From: Macrostomum lignano
Taxonomy: Eukaryota
Assembly (NCBI GenBank): GCA_002269645.1
Contig: NIVC01003293.1
Location: 42,144-106,143, forward strand
Length of the DNA: 64,000 nucleotides
Direction: 5' to 3'
Made by a program: the position numbers and the translations under genes. The notes below the pieces were generated by a model. It was not told where the DNA came from. It saw only the letters and a program-made list of their open reading frames with translations, and searched no databases. This document shows, in pieces, positions 1 to 11,700 of the stretch; the stretch's first letter is position 1, and every line of letters starts with the position of its first letter.

Positions 1-204
1 CGGCGTTACGCATCGAAGCGATGAAAGCTTCGCATTTGTGCACCAGCCTATCGGCATGTTCGGCCTGGAATAAACATAAATATAAGATTTTATACGATTG
101 ACAATACTTTAAACAGTGGGATAGTAGTATAACGTAGTTTTGTTGTTAAATTCAGTAACAAAAATGAAAAAAATAATGAAAATGTCGAACTTTTGTGACT
201 GAAA

Positions 205-537
205 GACAGCGGAGAGGCAGATTCAAGGACTGAGTGAGGAGAGCGGAGAGGCAGATTCAAGGACTGAGTGAGGAGAGCGGAGAGGCAGATTCAAGGACTG
301 AGTGAGGAGAGCGGAGAGGCAGATTCAAGGACTGAGTGAGGAGAGCGCACAGGCAGATTCAAAGACTGAGTGAGGAGAGCGGAGAGGCAGATTCAAGTCC
401 TGAGTGAGGAGAGCGGAGAGGCAGATTCAAGTCCTGAGTGAGGAGAGCGGAGAGGCAGATTCAAGGACTGAGTGAGGAGAGCGCACAGGCAGATTCAAGG
501 ACTGAGTGAGGAGAGCGGAGAGGCAGATTCAAAGACT
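205..537. repeat. 34-bp minisatellite, ~9-10 copies (GGAGAGGCAGATTCAAGGACTGAGTGAGGAGAGC)
   Basis: Period 34 read directly (211, 245, ...). Confidence 0.95.
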
Positions 538-551
538 GCAACTGCACTAAC

Positions 552-929
552 AGAGCTGGGCATCTCCTGTTTAGCCAGAAAGCTCTCCTGCCGGATCAGA
601 AGCAGTTCGCACTGGGCCGCATCTCTCAGGAACAGGTGCAAGCTCAGCGCATTCGACAGAGTTAACCGTTTCGCTTGCCACATCTGAGCCAGGCTGTGCC
701 AACCATCCGATATGGCGCTGAGTCTCTGATCCAGCAGGATGTACTGCGGGTCAGTTTGACCTTCGGAGCAGATCTGCCTGCCGTAGCTGATAAGACTGTC
801 GAACTCGTTTGAGTAGCCGTTGATCTCCTGTTTCAGGCTGTGATGCTCCATCAGTAGTTTTTCAGCATCTGCTAGATCTCTTGGGATGGACTCTGTAGCG
901 ATGGCCGTCTGAGTGGTGCTTAGCCACAT
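552..929 (-). CDS. SPTBN1: Beta-spectrin exon 11 ([26 protein letters not shown]...KQEMPSS)
   Basis: Acceptor aatttcag at 930; [12 protein letters not shown] motif; donor GTTAGT at 551 is the best guess. Confidence 0.82.
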
Positions 930-3900
930 CTGAAATTTGTGTACATTGGGTGAGGATTGCCCAGTGTACATTGGATGAGGATTGCCCAGTGTACATTGGA
1001 TGAGGATTGGCCAGTGTACATTGGATGAGGATTGGCCAGTGTACATTGGGTGTGGATTGCCCAGTGTACATTGGATGAGGATTGGCCAGTGTACATTTGG
1101 TGAGGGTTGGCCAGAGTACATTGGGTGTGAATTTCCCAGTGTACATTGGGTGAGGATTGGCCAGAGTACATTGGGTGAGGATTGGCCAGAGTACATTGGG
1201 TGTGAATTGCCCAGTGTACATTGGGTGAGGATTGGCCAGTGTACATCGGGTGAGGATTGGCCAGTGTACATCAGGTGAGGATTGGCCAGTGTACATTGGG
1301 TGTGGATTGGCCAGTGTACATCAGGTGAGGATTGGCCAGTGTACATCCGGTGAGGATTGGTCAGTGTACATCCGGTGAGGATTGGCCAGTGTACATTGGG
1401 TGTGGATTGGCCAGTGTACATCAGGTGAGGATTGGCCAGTGTACATCCGGTGAGGATTGGTCAGTGTACATCCGGTGAGGATTGGCCAGTGTACATTGGG
1501 TGTGGATTGCCCAGTATACATTGGATGAGGATTGGCCAGTGTACATTTGGTGAGGATTGGCCAGTGTACATTTGGCGAGGATTGGTCAGTGTACATTGGG
1601 TGAGGATTGGCCAGTGTACATTGGGTGAGGATTGGTCAGTGTACATTGGGTGAGATTGGCCAGTGTACATTGGTGTGGATTGCCAGTGTACATTGGTGAG
1701 GATTGGCCAGAGTACATTGGGAGAGGATTGGCCAGAGTACACTGGGTGTGAATTGCCCAGTGTACATTGGGTGAGGATTGGTCAGTGTACATTGGGTGAG
1801 GATTGGCCAGTGTTCATTGGGTGAGGATTGGCCAGTGTACATCAGGTGAGGATTGGCCAGTGTACATCGGGTGAGGATTGGCCAGTGTACATCGGGTGAG
1901 GATTGGCCAGTGTACATTGAGTGAGGATTGGCCAGTGTACATTGGGTGTGAATTCCCAAGTGTATATTGAATCTAAATTGATGCTTGCAATTATAATTAG
2001 GTAAAGCCGCTTAGCACATTTTCAAACATGTACATTTACAGTGGCGTTATCCTAATGTACATTAAGAGTTGTTTATCAAGTATTTGCATTTGTATTTGTA
2101 TCTGTATTGTATTTGTTTTCATAATAACAGCTAACACATTCTTCTTATGCTACTGAATTGAAAGAAGAGAAACTTATAAAAAAATCACCCAACCTGAAAG
2201 TGATCCAAATCCTGCAGAAATTTCTGCAACTCAGAGGACGCTTCGAGTCTACTAAGACGTCTATCGCGTTGGTCGCACAACTGACGCCACAGATCGGCAA
2301 GACGATTGCGCTGTTCGGTCAGCCTCTCAGCTTCATCTGGTAGACAGTCAATCAGTCTGTCGTATTCGTCATCAAGACTGCTCAGTCGAGCTTCAATTGC
2401 CAGCATATCGGCGTTAAGTCGTTGCAATCGACGCTGCAGCTGTACAAATCCGGCAAGGTTGTCGCCCAGCCGATCTGTGGAGCCAATCAGGTTGGACTTG
2501 TCCTCAATCCAGGCTGCGGTCTCACGGCACGCCACCAGATAGGCGTTCAAATCGTAGGCGGAATTGATTTGAAATCTGCGGCAATCGGTCAAGTCGACTA
2601 GGCGAGACCAATGCGAGTTGAGCGAGGCGAGTAGACCTGCGATCTCTTCGCTATCGGGTGTTCGATGCTCTGCAGCTGAGGATGTTATATGAATAAAATG
2701 TTTTGTAGATTTTCAGTTCGTCAGACTTTCAGAATTGTTATGAATAACAGTTTTTTCAACCTGTGGCGCAACGCCTTCGGGGGCATCGCATCCCACAAAG
2801 CGGCTTCTTTCTAATCATCAGGCATGTACACTCTCTGTGCCTTGGGGGCTGGTACTTATGCCTGTGATGACCATCTACAAGTAGTTTATTCCAAAGTACT
2901 ATAAAAAATAAAATGAAAATCTACGAAATCTGCTACCAGATTCTCTGAAACTACGCGGGTGCCGTAGCCCAGTGGTATAGCTCGGCGCTCTGATGTGCCA
3001 GCGGCCCAGGCTCGATTCCAAGTGCAGTCACATTAATTTGGAGCTAAATTGGAACCTCAGCTTGGCTCTGCTCGTGCAATTAACGCACAGCCTGAGGGCC
3101 AACCCCCAAAGGCACAGTGAAGTGTACATGCCTAACGATAAATAAAGTTAGGACCGCTGTGCACTAGTAGAGATCTCCTAAAATACAGTATAAGCAAACT
3201 ACTAGAAGTAGAACGATAAAAATATGTAAAACGCGATTATAACCTATTCTTAGCAGTATAACGAAACCAGCGAATCACTATTCCATTGTGCGAAGAACCC
3301 CACCTGTCAAATGATAAAATTGCTTTCTTGACCTCATAAAAAACCGGTTTGAGCTCTGGGCCGACTCAAATTGGGTACAAATATAAGTAAAAAATCCGAG
3401 CTGAAATCTCAGACTCAGGGCGGCCTCAAGAGATCTTGAGCTTTGCTAGAGCAGCTAAACGAGGCTACGTCTCCGAGGGAGAAGTAAACCAATTGGTAAG
3501 CTTTTGTCGAAATCTTTGGATAGGATCTGCGGACGATTTTGATACTCGGAATTAGACAATTATTGATAGATTGATAAAACTGATTTCACGACACTGATTT
3601 CATTATTTCTAGAAGAAGACGCCCTTTTGGAGGATCTCGTTATTGTTATAGAATTGATTTTATTATTAAGGCGCATCATTATCATTCCTACTATTTCGAA
3701 GGCTATTTATAATAAAAAACGATTATCTTATTACATTTTACCTAGTTGCTAAATTTGGAACTCCTGGATCACTACTACTACAAAGACTTTGCGCGCTACT
3801 AACCGCAGTAGAAAAATTCGGATATATCTCTTAAATTTTCGCGACGCTCTTTAAATTAAACAATTCTTCCGTCTTCCTAACTTAACTAGGAATGTCTTCC

Positions 3901-5289
3901 GACTTACCTGATTGGCTGCTCTAACTTGGAAGAACGAAGAAGTAGCCTTAGTTGAGTAAAAACCTCCGCTAGAACTCACCCGATGCCCGACGCTATTCAA
4001 TTCGTCCAATTTGTTAGCATTCGCAGCCAATTCAGCTTCAAACGAATCAAATCGATGCTTGACAGCTTCTAATTCGTCGATATCCACGCTTGGCAGCAGG
4101 CGATCCAACAGTCGCTCCCGTTCAAGCATCCACGCTAGCAGTCGATCAGCCTGTTGGCACAGCCGACGCTTAGCTAGAGTGTCGTCTAGGCGCTGTCGCT
4201 GCAGTCTTGACAGCTCCAGCAGTCGGGCGTACCTCTCCTCGATGGTGTCCAATCGTTGCTGAGTTGTCGGACAGTCGCGGTCGACTTGGCTGAGACCGGC
4301 GGCCAGAGAGTGCAGAGTGTCCAGCTCCGTTCGATTGGCGGCGATGTCGGCGTGAAGATCTCTCAGTTTCCTGTCGCTGTCCAGGAGGCTCTGCAGATCC
4401 GCAGCGGTGTTTTCGCACAGGCGAAGAGCTTCAACTAGCCAAGCGTCGGCTTCGTCGCAGTCGCAGAGGAACCGGTGAAAGTCCAAGGCCTTCGGGGGGG
4501 GGTGGAGATTTGAGAGGCTGTGAAAATGAGCATCTGGGGGGCTGCCTCAACAACTAGGGATCTGGGATCTGGGCCCAGCAACTGACACTCTGGGAGGCTG
4601 GCCCAGCAACTGACACTCTGGGAGGCTGGCCCAGCAACTGACACTCTGGGAGGCTGGCCCAGCAACTGAGGACTGGGAGGCTGGCCCAGCAACTGAGGAT
4701 CTGGGAGGCTGGCCCAGCAACTGAGGATCTGGGAGGTTTGCAACCAAAATCTTAGGGATCTGGGAGGTTTGCAATCAAAATCTGAGGGATTTGGGAAGTC
4801 TACAGCCCATCAGACGCGCACCTGCAGCAGGCGCGCCTTCCTAGCAGCGGCTCGGTCGACCAGCTGATCCCAGAGTGCGTTGAGCCGATCGATGCGGTCC
4901 AGGATGAGATTAGATCCGGGACGCCCGCGTCTGCCATCAGCTCGCCCGCTCAATCTGGCAGCTGCAACGACTCCGCCTGGCGGAAACCTCATCCTCACGG
5001 AGCGATGCTTCCCTAGCAACAGCTGAGCGGACGGCAGATCTCGGCCAATATCCGGACAGGACATGAGCTGATCGATCTCACGCAGCCACTGCTCAGATTC
5101 GTCCATCTCCCAGGCGAACAGCCACAGCTGCCGGCTGTCAATCAGTCGATAGCGGCGCTCATCTCGGCGCTGTTCGAGCTGGCCAAATGCTTCGCGAACG
5201 ATCGCCACTCGTTCGCGATTTCGTCTCGAGTGGCGGGTCTGAGATGAAGGGGAGCGTGAGGGAGGGGCTCAGCTTGTGGCAGTCAATAA

Positions 5290-5354
<65 letters not shown>

Positions 5355-5355
5355 G

Positions 5356-5414
<59 letters not shown>

Positions 5415-5490
5415 GTCAATCAATCAGTCAATCAATCAATCAATCAATCAATCAGTCAATCAGTCAACCAATCAATAAATCAATCAATCG

Positions 5491-5530
<40 letters not shown>

Positions 5531-5655
5531 GTCAATCAGTCAATCAATCAATCAATCAATCAATTAATCAATCAGTCAATCAGTCAACCAATCAATAAAT
5601 CAATCAATCGATCGATCAAGCAATCAATCAATCAATCAATCAATCAGTCAATCAG

Positions 5656-5702
<47 letters not shown>

Positions 5703-5738
5703 GTCAATCAGTCAACCAATCAATAAATCAATCAATCG

Positions 5739-5770
<32 letters not shown>

Positions 5771-8700
5771 GTCAATCAGTCAATCAATCGATCATTTCGC
5801 TCACCTGTAATCTCCTATCTCATCAGGCAGTTGTCCATCAGCGAACGCCAGAGCGGCCTCGCAGGCGGAGTCCACCCGGCCACCCAGTACGCCAATGTCG
5901 GCCTCCAAAAGGGCGTGCTTTTCCAACAGGTCATCAACGCTGAGCAGGTGGCGGCCGTAATTCTCCGACTGTATTCGACGTGTGAAGTCTTCGATGGCGT
6001 CCAGACAGTGCAGCAGCTCCTTGAAATGGGCGTTCGGGTTAACGGACTGACTGACTGACTGACTGACTAACCAACTAACTAGCTAACTGACTAACTAACT
6101 AGCTAACTAACTCACTAACTCACTAACTAACTAACTAGCTAACTGACTAACTGACTAACTAACCAACTCACTAACTAACTCACTAACTAACTAACTCACT
6201 AACTCACTAACTCACTAACTAACTGACAAACTAACTGACTAACTGACTAACTAACCAACTCACTCACTAACTCACTAACTAGCTAACTGACTAACTGACT
6301 AACTAACCAACTCACTCACTAACTCACTAACTAGCTAACTGACTAACTGACTAACTAACCAACTCACTAACTAACTCACTGACTAACAGACTAACTAACT
6401 CCCTAACTAACTAACTGACTAACTAACCAACTCACTAACTAACTGACTAACTAACTGACTAACTAACTGACGAACTAACTAACTAACCAACTCACTAACT
6501 AACTAACTAACTAGCTAACTGCCTAACCGACTAACTAACCAACTCACTACTCACTAACTAACTAGCTAACTAACTAACTAACCAACTCACTAACTAACTG
6601 ACTAACTAACTGACTAACTAACTCACTAACCAAGTCACTAACTCACTAACTCACTAACTAGCTAACTGACTAACTAACTAACTAACCAACTCACTAACTA
6701 ACCAACTCACCAACTCACTAACTAACCAACTCACTAACTAACAAACTCACCAACTCACTAACTAACCAACTCACCAACTCACTAACCAACTCACCAACTC
6801 ACTAACCAACTCACTAACCAACTCACCAACTCACCAACCAACTCACCAACTCACTAACCAACTCACCAACTCACTAACCAACTCACTAACCAACTCACTA
6901 ACCAACTCACCAACTCACTAACCAACTCACTAACCAACTCACTAACCAACTCACCAACTCACTAACCAACTCACTAACCAACTCACTAACCAACTCACTA
7001 ACCAACTCACCTGATACACCAACTGCAGCTGCAGTGTCAAGTCCAAGCGCATTCGCCGGCCCCTCAGCAGGGCCAGCAGCTGCTCCCACAATCGGAGCAC
7101 ACTGTCTTTGCGTTCCAGAATTCTGGCCACGTCATGGTAGGACTCGGCCTGCAGCTCGGCTGAGAGGCGGACCTGTAAGATGAAGTTAATTATGATTTAT
7201 TGAATCGGAATTTAAATTGGTATAGCATTAGACATTCTACTAGTTAATATAATCAGTCAAATTCAACGGGTTGTGGCCACTGAGTGCATTATGAAATTCC
7301 CCTAAGCGAGAAATTTCCCAAAAAAATTAACTTTGAGATGCAGACAAATTCTCATTTTGAAAACATCATTAGCTGCCTTTCGGAAGCAGAAATTTCCCCT
7401 CCAAGAAGCACAGAAATTCTCTCAAAGAAAATGAGATATGCCTATTCGACACAAAGAGAAATTCTGCTTTGAGAAACTGTGAAATTCCCCATATGAAAAA
7501 AATAAAAGTTCCAGTCTAAGAAACTGAAAAATCCCCCTTTGAAGGGTGAGAAATGCCAATCTGAGGATCAGAGAAATTCCCCTTTGTAAAGTGAGAAATG
7601 CCCCTCGGAGAATCGGACAAATTCCCCTTTGTGAAGTGAGAAATGTCCCTCTGAGAATCAGAGAAATTCCTCTTTGTGAAGTGAGAGATTCCCCATTGAG
7701 AATCAGAGAAATTCCCCTTAAAGAAACAGAAGAATTCCCTTTTTAGACGCAGAGAAATCCCTCTGGTAGGCTAAATTGTGGCCAAACAAATAGATATTCA
7801 GCAAACAAAAGCCAATGAACAACAACGTCACTTACCACAGCCGTAACCCTTTCCTCATACGCAAATATATCAGTTTCAATTGCTTCGTGCTTGCAAGTGG
7901 CCGCCCGAACCGCAGGCAAATCTTTGCCAAAATTATCCTGCCCAATTAGGCTCTGATTTTCCCTTAGCCAAGCTTCCCGCATGTCCGCTTTGCGATCGAA
8001 CCGATTGGCCAGCTGTTCGAGCCGCCGCTGTCGCATCAGCTCCTCGTGCAGGGCGATGTCTCTGGCGTGCTCCGCTCCTTCAAGACGGTGCCAAGCTTCG
8101 TCTACTCTGGCTAAAAGGCCAAGTTCTCTGGGTAGGTGCGGTTTCTGGTTATTGGCTCGCAGTCTCTGTTGTATAGTGAATAGCTGCACTTCCAGATTGC
8201 CTTTCTCCGTGAACTTTGGCGGCTTCTCTACCGCTCGATAGGTTCCGAATGCCTGCGTATGCATTGTAGGATTGGCAGGTCACTGAACGGCTTTCAATGA
8301 ATTTGGTAGGTCACTGGGAGTTGGTAGATCACTGGGAGTTGGTAGGTCACTGGGAGTCGGTAGATCACTGGGAGTTGGTAGGTCACTGGGAGTTGGTAGG
8401 TCATTGGGAGTTGGTAGATCACTGGGAGTTGGTAGGTCACTGGGAGTCGGTAGATCACTGGGAGTTGGTAGGTCACTGAGAGTTTGTAGGTCACTGGGAG
8501 TTGGTAGGTCACTGGGAGTTTGTAGATCACTGGGAGTTGGTAGGTCACTGGGAGTTGGTAGGTCATTGGGAGTTGGTAGGTCACTGGGAGTTGGTAGGTC
8601 ACTGGGAGTTGGTAGGTCACTGGGAGTTGGTAGGTCACTGGGAGTTGGTAGGTCACTGGGAGTTGGTAGGTCACTGGGAGTTGGTAGGTCACTGGGAGTT

Positions 8701-11700
8701 GGTAGGTCACTGGGAGTTGGTAGGTCACTGGGAGTTGGTAGGTCACTGGGAGTTGGTAGGTCACTGGGAGTTGGTAGGTCACTGGGAGTTGGTAGGTCAC
8801 TGGGAGTTGGTAGGTCATTGGGAGTTGGTAGGTCACTGGGAGTTGGTAGGTCACTGGGAGTTGGTAGGTCACTGGGAGTTGGTAGGTCACTGAGAAGTGG
8901 GAAGGTCATTGGGAGTTGGTAGGTCACTGGGAGTTGGTAGGTCACTGGGAGTTGGTAGGTCACTGGGAGTCGGTAGGTCACTGGGAGTTGGTAGGTCACT
9001 GGGAGTTGGTAGGTCACTGAGAAGTGGGAAGGTCATTGGGAGTTGGTAGGTCATTGGGAGTTGGTAGGTCCCTGGGAGTTGGTAGGTCACTGGGAGTTGG
9101 TAGGTCATTGGGAGTTGGTAGGTCATTGGGAGTTGGTAGGTCACTGGGAGTTGGTAGGTCACTGGGAGTTGGTAGGTCACTGGGAGTTGGTAGGTCACTG
9201 GGAGTTGGTAGGTCACTGGGAGTTGGTAGGTCACTGGGAGTTGGTAGGTCACTGGGAATTGGTAGGTCACTGGGAGTTGGTAGGTCACTGGGAGTTTGTA
9301 GATCACTGGGAGTTGGTAGGTCACTGGGAGTTTGTAGGTCACTGAAGAGCTGACAAAGGATTGGTAGGTCACTGAAGATCTGACAAAGGATTGGTAGGTC
9401 ACTGAAGATCTGACAAAGGATTGGTAGGTCACTGAAGATCTGACAAAGGATTGGTAGGTCACTGAAGATCTGACAAAGGATTGGTAGGTCACTGAAGATC
9501 TGACAAAGGATTTTTAGGTCACTGAAGATCTGATAAAGGATTGGTAGGTCACTGGAGAATAAAGCAGAAACTCACTTGCAATTGAGTCTGAACACCGGCT
9601 ACAGAATTGGCGAGCTGTCGATCATTCAACAGCTCAATAGTCTGTTCAATCCATTTAATCAAACTGGTTGACAATTGCTCATATTGTCCAATCAATTCGC
9701 TAATGTCTTGAGCCTGTTGCAGTACCCGACTTAATCGTTTAGCGGATACGGACTCAGATTTTGCCTTGGAGAAGTAGTGATAATAAGTAACCACGTACGT
9801 CATTATCGATTTCTCGTCAGGCTGATCGACGTTCACATCTGGTCAAATTTTAGGATAAGGAGCGCTAAATTCAGGACAAGCGGCGCCAAGTTAAGGATAA
9901 GTGGCGCCAAATTCAGGATAACTGACGCTAAATTCAGGATAATTAGCGCCGAATTCAGGATTAGTGGCGCCAAATTCAGGATAATTAGCGCCAAATTCAG
10001 GATTAGTGGCGCCAAATTCAGGATAAGTGGCGCCAACTCTTGGATAATTGGCGCCAAGTTCAGGATAATTAGCGCCAATTTAGGATAATTAGCGCCAATT
10101 TAGGATAATTAGCGCCAAATTCAGGATTAGTGGCGCCAAATTCAGGATAATTAGCGCCAAATTCAGGATTAGGGGTGCCAAATTCAGGATAATTAGCGCC
10201 AAATTCAGGATTAGTGGCGCCAAATTCAGGATAATTAGCGCCAAATTCAGGATAATTAGCGCCAAATTCAGGATAATTAGCGCCAAATTCAGCACAATTA
10301 GCGCCAAATTCAGGATAATTAGCGCCAAATTAAGGATAATTAGCGCCAAATTCAGGCTAAGTGACGCTAGCAATATCAGACTAAAAAATAAGTTCAACAA
10401 CTGTTCTAGCCGCTCACCTTCGGGATCCAGCAGCTGAGCAAGGCCGAGTTTCTCGTCGGCCACTTGAAACGCGTTAGTCAAATTAGCCATGGGCTCCGAT
10501 TTGTTTAACGCATTGAAGTCTACCAGATCCGGCCTGTTAAATAGAAGAATTCACTCTCATTATACTCACTGGGAGGTGTACTTAAATAGTAACACATATT
10601 GGTTCGTCTCGAAGGCGCTTTTGACTGACTCTCATTCTATAAAAGTAAGTACTCGTAAGTCTCATCTAAACTGCGCAGATACTCTGTCTGCAGTTGCCAA
10701 GCTGGCAAATAGGCTAGCTAAATACGTAGATAAGGACTGGCTAAGGTTGAAAGAGCACTGCCCTTGCTACAGTATTTGTACAAATAGCTTATGTACAGTA
10801 ATCTTCTCTTTCTCATTGTAAAAATGTAAAAATGTGTAAGCTACTCATAGTAGCTTTTCTTTACTTAGAGAAATGTAAGTTATAATATTGGTTTTATTAT
10901 TTTTAACTGATATAGTATAAAACTACTTTTTAAACTACTGTTAGTAGGCTATTCTTAGCTTTAGAATACGAGATGAAAATCTCATAATTTTTTTGTTAAA
11001 ATCATGCTTTTGAAATTTTCTCTTAAACGGCCCAATAAAATATTTGTATCAACTACTTTTAGTAGTTTATTTACTCTATAGAATATGAGACATCTTGCAA
11101 AAGTTTTGTTAAAATGCTGGTTTTTAAATATTATCTTTAAAGTGATCGGGTAAATCACTTGTGTAAACTACTAAAAGTAGTTTAATTTTAAATTTAAAAA
11201 ATATTGAATAAAAGTATTGCAAAATTTAGGCAATTCTTTTATTTTTAGCTTATTTTAACGGCGCAATAAAGTGGGTAAAAATTAATCTACAACTTCTGAA
11301 AACTTCAAAGCCTTCAAAACATGCTTTCTTAGAACTAAATGCTCACATCGACGATAACGATAAGTTGGTTATTTAATAAAAAATTGATTTGAACTGGTGT
11401 TGCTATGCAGCAAAGCTAATATACCTGAGCCAATGAGCTAGCTAATTAAGCTACCTGCAGGTCTACCTAGGTGGTAATTCTAAACTTATGGTCAACTTTT
11501 CCAATCTCTCTTTCCCCTCTTCATTCTTTATTTATTTCTCACGCATTCACACGCCACAGGGTGAGGGAACAGGTAGGCATTTTAGCTACAAAGCAAAGTC
11601 GCGCGAATGTTTTGCGTCTCAATTTCTAACCAAGAAAGGAAACACGAAGATCAAGTATAGCTATTTTACTTTTTCCTGCCTTTTTTCTGGAATTAGAAGC

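Noticed and set aside
2957-3030. Possible tRNA gene
   Set aside because: A and B boxes are present but there is no clean acceptor or anticodon stem; treated as a SINE head. The same applies to 13153, 41829 and 49592.
8280-10490. PSDLPT, VTYQLP, GHWELV and LNLALII repeat ORFs
   Set aside because: Intronic 18- and 21-bp arrays; true spectrin exons splice around them
10900-11200. Recurring AAACTACT-W3/4-AGTAGTTT palindrome
   Set aside because: Two or three degenerate AT-rich copies; too weak to call an element
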